A DNA stretch of 64,000 bases from a virus (Duplodnaviria; Caudoviricetes). Each line of letters begins with the position of its first letter. Within the stretch, counting starts at the first letter, position 1. Under the pieces are notes generated by a model. It was given only the letters and a program-made list of their open reading frames with translations, searched no databases and was not told the origin of the DNA. The DNA is taken from the IMG/VR virus record IMGVR_UViG_3300037193_003384, positions 2,145 to 66,144 of that record. One strand, given 5' to 3'. Of the stretch, positions 22,628-30,805 are shown in pieces. A program made the position numbers and the translations under genes.

Positions 22628-23308
22628 GTGACGAAATCAGAAGCCGCCAGCCTGCAGATCGGTGACATCGTGATCGTGATCCGCAGCGGCAAAATCTACC
22701 GCGTGGATCACCCCGCCTACAGCGACGGCAGCATCCAATCCACGCAGCTGCGGGACGGCAAACCCTACGGCCCGATCCGCTACCTCAAGCCCGCCGCCGT
22801 GCAGCGGCTCAGCACCGCCGATGACCGGCACCCGGCGAGCCGCGCGCTCACCGCCGCCCTTCAGCCGCCAGCGCAGGATGCGTGGAAGGCGATCCCCGCG
22901 CCGCAGCCCGCGCGCCGTGAGCGCACGCCGCGCAACGACGGCGATGAGGGGGACCGCCTGGCGCGCAAAGTCGTGCGCTACGCTGAGCGCTGGCAGCGCA
23001 AATTCCCCTGCCCCGAAGCCGCCAGCGATCCCGAGCTGGCCGCCATTTGGCGGGCGGTGGAGCAGCTGCTGGCGCACGATAGCGGCCGCACCCCGGAGCC
23101 GCGTGCGGTGACCCTGCAGCGGGTGCAGTCCGCCATCCCGCTGCCGCCGATGGCCCTCACCGATCACGGGGACCGGATCACCACCACCGCCGATGCGCTC
23201 ACGGATCGGCAGGCGGACGACGCCACGGCGGCGCTGCAGCGGCGCGGCTTCCACGTGGAGCGCCTGCGGGATCCGGATGGGCGCTGGGGTCTCACCGTCT
23301 GGATCTGA
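22628..23308 (+). CDS. hypothetical protein
   Basis: GTG after the GCCAAACC...GAGGAGAAAGCC leader. Confidence 0.7.
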   Translation: MTKSEAASLQIGDIVIVIRSGKIYRVDHPAYSDGSIQSTQLRDGKPYGPIRYLKPAAVQRLSTADDRHPASRALTAALQPPAQDAWKAIPAPQPARRERTPRNDGDEGDRLARKVVRYAERWQRKFPCPEAASDPELAAIWRAVEQLLAHDSGRTPEPRAVTLQRVQSAIPLPPMALTDHGDRITTTADALTDRQADDATAALQRRGFHVERLRDPDGRWGLTVWI

Positions 23309-23314
23309 GCCGCC

Positions 23315-23429
23315 CCGGTTCGATGGAGCAAAATGCGCGGCGTGTACCAGCTTCACGCCGCGCGCCGAGGCAGTCTGAAGGGACGGGCGCTGCACGCCAA
23401 ACCGCGGCGCCCGAGGAGAAAGCCCCCCA
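23315..23429 (+). repeat. repeated upstream/leader module, long copy
   Basis: Shares CCGGTTCGATGGAGC, a 25-bp exact CCGCGCGCCGAGGCAGTCTGAAGGG, CGCCAAACC and AGGAGAAAGCCCC with 24365-24478. Confidence 0.9.
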
Positions 23430-24308
23430 TTGATCCCCGCCGTCACCACCCCGCCCGTCCACCGCTTCGAAGCCGCCGGCCTCGGCAAGGCCCCGTTCGA
23501 AGTCGAGTCATTCCAGATCTGCAAATACCAGGCGTGCCAGGGCGCGCCGATCCAGCCCGGCGCCAGCTGCGACTTCTGCGGCACCGGGATCATGCTGGTG
23601 TATGTGATCCGCAGCGCTGACAACCGGCGCTTCAAGGTGGGTTGCGACTGCGTGGAGAAGACCGGCGATGCCGGGCTCATCAACGCGGTCCGGCGCCAGC
23701 GCGCGGCACACACCAAGGAGCTCACGGTGGCCCGCCGGGAGCGCGCGCGCGCAGCGAAGCGCCGCACCCGTGAGCAGGCAGCCCGCGCGCGGCGCGCACG
23801 CACCCGCCGCGATGCCTGCACGTTCGCACGCGAGCACGGCCTGATCGATGCCTTCCGCGTGGCCGTGCGCGGCTCGAAGCGCGCGCTGGCGCGTGACCTG
23901 CTGCAGCGCCTGCTGGCGATGGGCACGCTGAGCCCGGCGCAGGTGCGGCTGGTGCAGACGCTGGGCATGCGCCTGCGGCCTGCGCCCGCTGGACGCGTGA
24001 CCTTCGCCGCCGTGATCGATTCGGTGAGCGCCCGCGATAGCGTGCACGGCACGCAGTACAAGATGACCGTCACCGCCGATGACGGCTTCCGCGCGTGGAT
24101 GACGGCCCCCCGGACGCTCTGGCTCGAGCTGCTACGGAACACCACCAGCCTGGCCGACTTCCGCGGGCTGCGGGTGCAGGTCACCGCCACGCTGACACCC
24201 AGCGCTGACGACCCGGGTTTCGCCTTCGGCAAGCGCCCCACCGTGCGGGCGCTCGAGGGCGCGCCCCAGCCCGCCGCTGGCAGCCTGCGCCCGCCGGCAG
24301 CGGGCTGA
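23430..24308 (+). CDS. hypothetical Zn-binding phage protein
   Basis: AGLGKAPF...CDFCGTGI...SADNRRFKVGCDCV, after the shared leader. Confidence 0.75.
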   Translation: MIPAVTTPPVHRFEAAGLGKAPFEVESFQICKYQACQGAPIQPGASCDFCGTGIMLVYVIRSADNRRFKVGCDCVEKTGDAGLINAVRRQRAAHTKELTVARRERARAAKRRTREQAARARRARTRRDACTFAREHGLIDAFRVAVRGSKRALARDLLQRLLAMGTLSPAQVRLVQTLGMRLRPAPAGRVTFAAVIDSVSARDSVHGTQYKMTVTADDGFRAWMTAPRTLWLELLRNTTSLADFRGLRVQVTATLTPSADDPGFAFGKRPTVRALEGAPQPAAGSLRPPAAG

Positions 24309-24364
24309 GCACCCCGCCGGCAGCCGGGCCCTGCAGCACCCCGCCAGGGCCCGGCGCAGGCGTG

Positions 24365-24478
24365 CCGGTTCGATGGAGCGAAATCGACCTGGTGTGCCGG
24401 CTTTGCTCCGCGCGCCGAGGCAGTCTGAAGGGTGGCCGGCGAACGCCAAACCCGGCGGCCACGAAGGAGAAAGCCCCA
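24365..24478 (+). repeat. repeated upstream/leader module, long copy
   Basis: See 23315-23429. Also shares GAAATCGACC and CAGTCT..AGGG with 22030-22165. Confidence 0.9.
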
Positions 24479-24817
24479 ATGCCCCGTACCCGTACCCCTG
24501 CCCCCCCCGCCACCCGCGCCGTGGTGTACACCCGCGCCGGCTACCACGTTCGCGCCTGCATCGTGATCGAGCGCATCGGCACCCGCGACCAGCAGCCCGC
24601 CGACAAGGCTCACCGAGCCGCGGCCGCCTACCGCCTCGCAGCCCAGATCGCGCTGATGAACGTGGACGTGGGCGCCTGCATCGCGATCGACGTGGATGCC
24701 CACGAGGGCCACCTCACACTGGAGATGGGTGAGCACACCGACACCTCGGTCGTGCAGTGCCTGATGGGTGACGCGCTGACCGCCCTGCGGCTGCCCTTCG
24801 AACACCGCGCCGGCTGA
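24479..24817 (+). CDS. hypothetical protein (paralog of 22166-22546)
   Basis: AAAYRLAAQI, GACIAIDVD and LEMG, after the shared leader. Confidence 0.7.
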   Translation: MPRTRTPAPPATRAVVYTRAGYHVRACIVIERIGTRDQQPADKAHRAAAAYRLAAQIALMNVDVGACIAIDVDAHEGHLTLEMGEHTDTSVVQCLMGDALTALRLPFEHRAG

Positions 24818-24932
24818 GCCGCGCTGCCCTGCCGCCGCGTACCTGGGTCCCTGGGTACGCAGCGCCGGGGTGCGCAGCACCAGCAACCCAAACCGCCCGC
24901 ACGCCAAACCGCGGGCACCAGGAGAAAGCCCC

Positions 24933-25499
24933 ATGATCCAGTCCACGATCCGCCCCACCCGCTCGTCCGGTTACCGCCCCTGCGCCTGCCGCGACTGCTT
25001 CGAGATCGCCATCGGTGAGCCCGGCGCCATGTGCCACGCCTGCGCCGATGCCGGCTGCACCGGCGATGGCGAGTGCCAGGCGCCCGGCGCCTACGGCGGC
25101 GATGAGGAGCCCGAGTCCCAGCCCGATCCCGAACCGAGCGAAGCGCTCACGGTGCCGCCCACGGTCACCACCGCCGAGCAGATCCGTGAGGCGTGCCTGC
25201 AGCAGGGCTTCTTCTTCGTGAGCACCGGCACCTATCAGCCGGGCATCGTGCTGCCGCGCCTGCTGGCAGCGCTCGAGGTGCTGGCCCCGCACGTGCACGC
25301 GCAATACGTCGGCCCCACCGGGATCATGGCGCGCGTGCCTGCCGAAGCGATGCAGGATCTCAATCACTACTATTGGGACGGCGCCGAGGGTGAGCGCCTG
25401 GTCGCTTACCTCATGATGGCCCTGGATGCGGCGGCACCGCCGGGGTGCATGTTCTCGGCCGAGGGCGCCTTCCACAACCTGGGCTTCTTCCGCAAGTGA
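24933..25499 (+). CDS. hypothetical protein, Cys-rich N-terminus
   Basis: CACRDC...CHACADAGC, after the shared leader. Confidence 0.7.
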   Translation: MIQSTIRPTRSSGYRPCACRDCFEIAIGEPGAMCHACADAGCTGDGECQAPGAYGGDEEPESQPDPEPSEALTVPPTVTTAEQIREACLQQGFFFVSTGTYQPGIVLPRLLAALEVLAPHVHAQYVGPTGIMARVPAEAMQDLNHYYWDGAEGERLVAYLMMALDAAAPPGCMFSAEGAFHNLGFFRK

Positions 25500-25711
25500 T
25501 CGCCACCCTGCCGCTGGGCACCGAGCTGGTGCTGACCTGCGCCGACTGCGGTGAGCCCTCCACCGCCAGCCTGCACGGCACCAACGGCTGGGTGCTGCGC
25601 CGCGTGCCCGGGCGCGGCCACCTGCAGGACGTCTGCCCCTGCTGCGCGCCACAGCGGCACGCGGTGCGGATGCCGAATACTGGTCCCCGCCAACCGGGAT
25701 CGCGTACATAG
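25496..25711 (+). CDS. small Zn-finger-like protein
   Basis: GTGA overlap with the previous gene. CADC...CPCC. Confidence 0.5.
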   Translation: MIATLPLGTELVLTCADCGEPSTASLHGTNGWVLRRVPGRGHLQDVCPCCAPQRHAVRMPNTGPRQPGSRT

Positions 25712-25716
25712 ATCAC

Positions 25717-25795
25717 GGGCGCCCAGCGTGGGGAGGCTTTCTCCGCTGGGCTGCCCCGATGGGCTGGGTCGGTTTGGCGATTGACCCAGCCCATC
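25717..25795 (+). ncRNA. candidate two-hairpin antisense RNA against the repeated leaders
   Basis: Stem 25721-28/25744-51 with GGCTTTCTCC in and beside its loop. Stem 25758-70/25783-95 with loop GGTTTGGCG. Both are reverse complements of the leader boxes, but the strand is not proven. Confidence 0.6.
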
Positions 25796-25801
25796 ACCTA
25801 A

Positions 25802-26230
25802 TCAGCGGCCGCTGAAGGCACCGCCGCGCGCGCGCTCGACGAGCGCATCGCGGACCTTGCCCGCGCCCTCGTCTTCGAACTGCAGCGCCTGCAGGTCAGC
25901 CGCGAGCTGCTCGGCGGGCACGGTGCGGTAGTAGCCTGCCTGCGCGTTCGCCTTCAGCGAATCGAGCTGGCTCACCTGCGGCAGCGCGCCGAGCTCAGCC
26001 AGCAGGTCCCCGCCGCCCCGGTTGCCTGCGGCAGCGCTGATGCGCGCCTGCGCCATCGGATCGGGTTTGCCCTCGTCAGCCTTCCGCTGCGCGTCGGCTT
26101 CGACCTGCGGCAGCGCGGCTGCAGGCGCCGGCACCTCATCGTCAGGCGCTGGCGTGGCGCGGGCCTCGGCCTGCGCATCGCGGGATGTGGTGGTGGTTTC
26201 GTGTTCGGACTGTGGGTGTTTGCGAGTCAT
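25802..26230 (-). CDS. hypothetical protein
   Basis: Last gene of the leftward replication operon. Confidence 0.6.
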   Translation of the reverse strand: MTRKHPQSEHETTTTSRDAQAEARATPAPDDEVPAPAAALPQVEADAQRKADEGKPDPMAQARISAAAGNRGGGDLLAELGALPQVSQLDSLKANAQAGYYRTVPAEQLAADLQALQFEDEGAGKVRDALVERARGGAFSGR

Positions 26231-26261
26231 GCGGTGATCGTCCACCGCGAACCGAAGCCCG

Positions 26262-26831
26262 TCAATGGATCAGCGAGACGTGCGCCTGCAGCGTGGCAAG
26301 CTGCCGCCGGTGCCGCACGCTGGTACCGAGCGCGATGGCCAGCGCATCCGCTGCGTGCTCACTCAAACGCTCCACCCCGAAGATGGCGCGCACGCGCGCC
26401 TTCACTGCGCCCTTCTTCGCGCGCCCGCCGCCCTTCCCCAGCACCGCCACCTTCACGCTGCTCGGCGCCAGGCAGTAGCAGGGCACGTCGAAGCAGCGCG
26501 CGGCGCAGCGGATGATGCCCGCCACCTCGTGCACGCGGCTGCTGGAGAAGTTGCTATCGGCATCGGCACCGCCCGCCTCCTGCAGCTGCCGGCGGATGCG
26601 GTGCTTGCCCGCCTCCACGATGGCCTGGTTCTCGTAGCCCAGGGCGTCGACCTCGTAGTGCTCGAGCAGGTCCAGCAGGTGCTCGGCGATCGCGTCCAGC
26701 CGCGTGGCATCTTCGTCCTTCGCCAGCGTGGCGAAGGTGGAGTGATGCAGCACGCGCGTGCTCGAGGGCTGCAGCTCGATCACGCCCACCCCCATGAACG
26801 CGTACCCGGGATCGACGCCGACGATGATCAT
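26262..26831 (-). CDS. ruvC: Holliday junction resolvase RuvC
   Basis: IVGVDPG, LGYE, APSSVKVAVLG.G.AKK and HAADALAIAL. Confidence 0.92.
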   Translation of the reverse strand: MIIVGVDPGYAFMGVGVIELQPSSTRVLHHSTFATLAKDEDATRLDAIAEHLLDLLEHYEVDALGYENQAIVEAGKHRIRRQLQEAGGADADSNFSSSRVHEVAGIIRCAARCFDVPCYCLAPSSVKVAVLGKGGGRAKKGAVKARVRAIFGVERLSEHAADALAIALGTSVRHRRQLATLQAHVSLIH

Positions 26832-27259
26832 GGCGGCAGCAGAGCCCGCACCTCGCCGGTGGTGTACACCTCCGCCAGGCGCGGGGCGAGCTCAGCGCCG
26901 ACGGTGGATCCGTTCGGCAGCACGACGTGCGCCAGGAACTCGGTCTCCGCGTTCGTCATGCCCGCGGCGATGTACTCGAGCTTTCCCTTCACCAGCAGCA
27001 GCAGCGCGCGCCACTGCTCGCGCTCCACCTGCTCGGCGTTGCGGTTGCGTCCATCCTGCCGCGATAGCAGCGGGATGCGAAACTGACGGCCGTCCATCGT
27101 GAAGCCCACGAAGCCCGAGCGCCGCTGATGATCGATGCCGGACAGGATCTGCCCGGCGCCATGCTTCGTCAGCAGCGCCTCGATCTCCCCGCGTGTCTTC
27201 GAGACGGGTACCTCGGTGCCCTCGGCGTAGCGACGCCGTGGCCTGCGGCTGATGCTCAC
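26828..27259 (-). CDS. hypothetical phage protein
   Basis: YAEGTEVPVSKTRGEIEALL...WRALLLLVKGKLE...EFLAHVVLPNG. Overlaps ruvC. Confidence 0.7.
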   Translation of the reverse strand: MSISRRPRRRYAEGTEVPVSKTRGEIEALLTKHGAGQILSGIDHQRRSGFVGFTMDGRQFRIPLLSRQDGRNRNAEQVEREQWRALLLLVKGKLEYIAAGMTNAETEFLAHVVLPNGSTVGAELAPRLAEVYTTGEVRALLPP

Positions 27260-27267
27260 CGCACCCG

Positions 27268-27633
27268 TTACGCGTCGGCGCCAGCAGCCTCGGCAGCAGC
27301 AGCACCGTTTGCACGGCGCCCGCGACGGCGGCGGCCACGCGGCGCTTCCTCTGCCGCCGGCTCATCCTCATCGTTCGCCGCGCCACCACCGGGCAGCAGC
27401 GACTGCTGCGCGGGCACCCACGCCATCCGCGTGTTCACCTCTTCGGTGAGCTGCCGGATACCGTCACGCAGCTGGATCAGCTCCTCGTTCCACTTGCGAT
27501 TGTGCGTGCGCTTCTTGTCGATCAGGTCGAACCGCGCCTGCTCATCTTCCGCCAGCTTCGCAGACCGCTGCTCCCACTCCTCTTGAGTGAGTTCGACCTG
27601 CACCATCCCCGTCCGATCCTGCTGCTCGCCCAT
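27268..27633 (-). CDS. hypothetical coiled-coil protein
   Basis: GGAGG RBS before the ATG. Confidence 0.65.
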   Translation of the reverse strand: MGEQQDRTGMVQVELTQEEWEQRSAKLAEDEQARFDLIDKKRTHNRKWNEELIQLRDGIRQLTEEVNTRMAWVPAQQSLLPGGGAANDEDEPAAEEAPRGRRRRGRRANGAAAAEAAGADA

Positions 27634-27717
27634 CGTGCGCCTCCGTTGGTGAAGCCCAGAGGGTACGGGATCGGAACGCACGGGCGCAACGCTCACGCGC
27701 GCCAGGCCTGCACGTTG

Positions 27718-27736
27718 GGTGATCCATATGCAGGTT
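27718..27736 (-). promoter_or_regulatory. second copy of the AACCTGYATATGGATCACC motif
   Basis: Intergenic, same orientation relative to downstream genes as the 5281 copy. Confidence 0.55.
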
Positions 27737-27780
27737 CCGATCGAGGATCATGGATCGCGTTTGCTGGCGCGTGGCGGGCG

Positions 27781-29184
27781 CTAGGACAGCTCGCGGCTCT
27801 CGGGGCCGTCGTAGTCGGTGGGGCCGTAGTCGAAGCCGCCCTGCGCGCCCTCGGTGAAGCGCACGCACCACGGCTCCCACGTCACGCGCACGCGCCCGGT
27901 CCCCGCGTTCCGTCCCTTCGCCAGGATCAGCGCCGCCTCCCCGCGCTCATCGCCCTCGGCCTCCTCGCGGTGCACGAACAGGACCTTGTCCGCATCCTGC
28001 TCGAGCGCGCCCGATCCCCGCAGGTCCATCAACGTGGGCTCACCCGATGCGCGATCGCTCGGGCGCTTCAGCTGCGATAGCGCCACCACCGTGATGCCCA
28101 GCTCGCCAGCGAGGATCTTCAGCGCTCGGCTGATCCGCTCGAGCTGATCGTTGCGGTTGCCTTCGGTGGAGTCGTCGGCCATCAACTGCACATAGTCCAC
28201 CACCAGCAGCCCGGGCCGCGCGTGCGGATGGCGCTGGCGCAGGGCCGCGAAGTGTTTGCGCGCGCGTGACCGCAGCCGCGCCGGCGTGAGCGTGCTCCCG
28301 TCGTCGAGATACATCGGGTAGCGCCCGATCTGCGCGGCCGTCGCGATGGCGCGCTCGTAGTGCTCCATCGAGAGCCGGCGCGTGAGCAGCGGCTTGTAAG
28401 GCACGCCGCTCGACCACGAGATGAGCCGCTCACCCAGCTCCTTCCGCTTCATCTCGAGCGAGAAGAAACACGCGCTCCGTGCGCCCGTGGCGGCCACCGC
28501 CGCGGCCATCCCCAGCGCCAGCGCCGTCTTGCCCTTGCCCGGGCGCGCCGCGATGTACCAGAGCTCCCCGGGGCAGAAGCCGAGGCTCAGCTCGTTGAGA
28601 TCCACGAAGCCCGTAGTGAGCCCGCGCGGCTCGCTCGGGCGGCTGGGATCCAGATCCACTGCGGCGCTGCTCATCACGTCGCAAAGCGGACTGCCCGTGT
28701 CGACGTCGGTCCTGCCGCTGGCGTTGATCGCGAACACCACCGATTCGCATCGCTCGATGAAGCCCTGCACGTTCGCGCGGGTCTCGACGAAGTTCGCCTG
28801 CGTGCTGAGCTCGGCGAGTGCTTTGCCCATGCGCCGCAGCCGCGCCAGGCGGTGCACGATCCGCGCGTGCTCGAGCACGTTCGCCACCGACGGCGTCGCG
28901 TCCACGATCTGCGAGATGTAGGGCGCGCCACCGATCTGCTGCAGCCGTGCCGTGTCCCGCAGGTGCGCCGCCAGCGTGACCGCATCGCACTCGCGTCCAG
29001 CGTCGGTGAGCTCGAGTATCCCCTCGTACATGGTGCGGTTCGCGCCGCTGTAGAAGTCGCTGGGCTCGAGCAGGTCGCGCACCTCATCGCGCGCCGTCAC
29101 GGACAGCATGATCGATGAGAGCACCGCTGCCTCGGCGTCGAGCTCAGCGTGCGGCTGCGGCTGCTGCCGTCGCTCAGTTGCCAA
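27781..29184 (-). CDS. dnaB: replicative DNA helicase DnaB
   Basis: AEAAVLSSI, AARPGKGKT, FFSLEM, VVDYVQLM, ALSQL and DLRGSGALEQDAD. Confidence 0.95.
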   Translation of the reverse strand: MATERRQQPQPHAELDAEAAVLSSIMLSVTARDEVRDLLEPSDFYSGANRTMYEGILELTDAGRECDAVTLAAHLRDTARLQQIGGAPYISQIVDATPSVANVLEHARIVHRLARLRRMGKALAELSTQANFVETRANVQGFIERCESVVFAINASGRTDVDTGSPLCDVMSSAAVDLDPSRPSEPRGLTTGFVDLNELSLGFCPGELWYIAARPGKGKTALALGMAAAVAATGARSACFFSLEMKRKELGERLISWSSGVPYKPLLTRRLSMEHYERAIATAAQIGRYPMYLDDGSTLTPARLRSRARKHFAALRQRHPHARPGLLVVDYVQLMADDSTEGNRNDQLERISRALKILAGELGITVVALSQLKRPSDRASGEPTLMDLRGSGALEQDADKVLFVHREEAEGDERGEAALILAKGRNAGTGRVRVTWEPWCVRFTEGAQGGFDYGPTDYDGPESRELS

Positions 29185-30157
29185 AGAGCCCCCCGATCGC
29201 TGCATCGAATCCCGCCGGCGGTGGCACCGCGTCGGGGATCGGTTCGTTCGCTTTGCGCAGCTGCTGCTGGTAGCGAGCCCAGCTCGCGTCGCGTGGCTTA
29301 CGCGGTTTGAGCGCGAGCCGCTCGGCTTCGCGCCGCAGTCGGTTGCGCAGCGTGGCTTGCCAGTCCGCGCCGAGATCCCCGCGGCCGCGCCAGTAGTCGA
29401 TGAACTCGGCGACGGTTCGATCGAGCAACGCCTGCGTGAATCCGAGCTCCCACGCCGTCGAAGCGCTGGTCGGGTCGGGTTTCAGGTCTGCGGGGCATTG
29501 GCTTCGAGCTCGAGGTTTCGAACGCTTACCGCGTCCCGCCGAGCCTGTCGAGGCGGTTTGCGCCGGCGGCTCGGAGGTGGGGGGTAAGGGGGGATCCTGA
29601 TCAGCTAAGCTAGGATCAGCTAGGCTAGGAGTGACAGCGCGTGATGCCGCGTGACCGCTCGTGAGCCCGCGTGTCGGTTGCGACACGGCGCGTGTCTCCG
29701 ATGCCACGGGCCGCGATGGTGGCGACACGCCGATCGGCTCGGGCGTGCTGAGCGTGACGGCGTCCTCCACTGGTCCCACCTCATCGTCCAGCGGCGTGTC
29801 TGAGTCACCCGAGCGGGCCAGATCGCGACGTCGCTTCCGTAACTCCGCCGACCGCAGCCGGTCACTTTTGATCGCCGTCTGCGCCTCCACGTAGCGGGGC
29901 CCGACCAGCCGCGAGCCGCGGTGCTCGACGACGCCGAGCTGCAGCATGCGCTCGATGCCCACGCGCACCACGTCCTCGGGCATGCGCGTGATCAGCGCCA
30001 CGTCGGCAACGGGATCGGTCACGTCGTCCAGCACGCCCGCGCGATCTAGCTTGCGCCAGAGCAGGCAGAACACCGACTGCCCTTCCCACCCCAGCCGCAG
30101 CCATGTCTTCGTGTCGCGGATGTAGATCCGCACGTAGGGCTCGTCTTCGAAGTTCAT
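29174..30157 (-). CDS. phage replication initiator (C-terminal DnaT-like domain)
   Basis: Directly upstream of dnaB. Low-complexity linker with internal repeats, and EFIDYWRG...DWQATLRN. Confidence 0.65.
   Translation of the reverse strand: MNFEDEPYVRIYIRDTKTWLRLGWEGQSVFCLLWRKLDRAGVLDDVTDPVADVALITRMPEDVVRVGIERMLQLGVVEHRGSRLVGPRYVEAQTAIKSDRLRSAELRKRRRDLARSGDSDTPLDDEVGPVEDAVTLSTPEPIGVSPPSRPVASETRAVSQPTRGLTSGHAASRAVTPSLADPSLADQDPPLPPTSEPPAQTASTGSAGRGKRSKPRARSQCPADLKPDPTSASTAWELGFTQALLDRTVAEFIDYWRGRGDLGADWQATLRNRLRREAERLALKPRKPRDASWARYQQQLRKANEPIPDAVPPPAGFDAAIGGLFGN
29599..29628. repeat. tandem 15-bp repeat GATCAGCTARGCTAG inside the initiator gene, possible lytic origin
   Basis: Two adjacent copies rich in CTAG, which is otherwise scarce in this sequence. 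Confidence 0.4.
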
Positions 30158-30173
30158 CGCGACGAGGCCCCGT

Positions 30174-30353
30174 TCAAAGAGCTGCAGCCTGCGCGGGTTC
30201 GCGCGCACTGGGCGGCGCGATGATGTCGATCTTGTACTCACGAATGATGCGCCGCGCGGCTTCCGCCATGCTCACGCCGTCGCGTGCGCTCAGCGCCTCG
30301 AGTATCTGGCGCTCACGCTTGTCGAGGTAGATGGGAAAAACTTTCTTCGCCAC
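30174..30353 (-). CDS. ribbon-helix-helix (CopG/Arc-like) regulator, 59 aa
   Basis: Below the ORF-track cutoff. MAKKVFPIYLDKRERQILEALSARDGVSMAEAARRIIREY, first gene of the replication operon. Confidence 0.7.
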   Translation of the reverse strand: MAKKVFPIYLDKRERQILEALSARDGVSMAEAARRIIREYKIDIIAPPSAREPAQAAAL

Positions 30354-30805
30354 TGGTGGAATCCCTTCCCTGGGGTTTCAGCGGTGCAACGCGCAGCACC
30401 AGCAGGAGCGGATGAGATAGGTGCTGCTGCGAACCCTCTCATCGCGCCGTGCCGGACGAGCACGAGACCGCACCCCAGCGGTGCAATGTACAGGCGCGAT
30501 CCATGACTTGGTACACATTTCGACGCCATCGATTTGCGTCGCCCGGAACAGCCTTTACGCTGCGGTTCGCCGCAGCAGCGGATGACGCACCAGCATCAAA
30601 ACGGCTTCGCTTCGCGTTGCCGTGGTGCGGGGCGACAGTGTGTGCACGCCACTCACGAGCCACACGAACAGTCCGACGGAACCGATCTATGGATCGGCAA
30701 ATCGACATCGCCACCCCATCGGGTGTCTTCCCATGCTGCGGCGCGATCACGTAAACCAGGCGGGTCATGAGTGGGGCTCGCCATCGCGATAGCGAGGCAA
30801 GAAGC

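Noticed and set aside
22637-24958. Long ORFs such as 22637-24958 (-), 1749-3815 (+), 47569-50070 (+), 56430-58325 (+), 7615-9186 (-)
   Set aside because: Antisense shadows of real genes in high-GC DNA, Arg/Ala-rich with no motifs
25758-25795. Plain intrinsic terminator between convergent genes
   Set aside because: May also terminate, but has no U tract and this would not explain both loops matching the leader boxes
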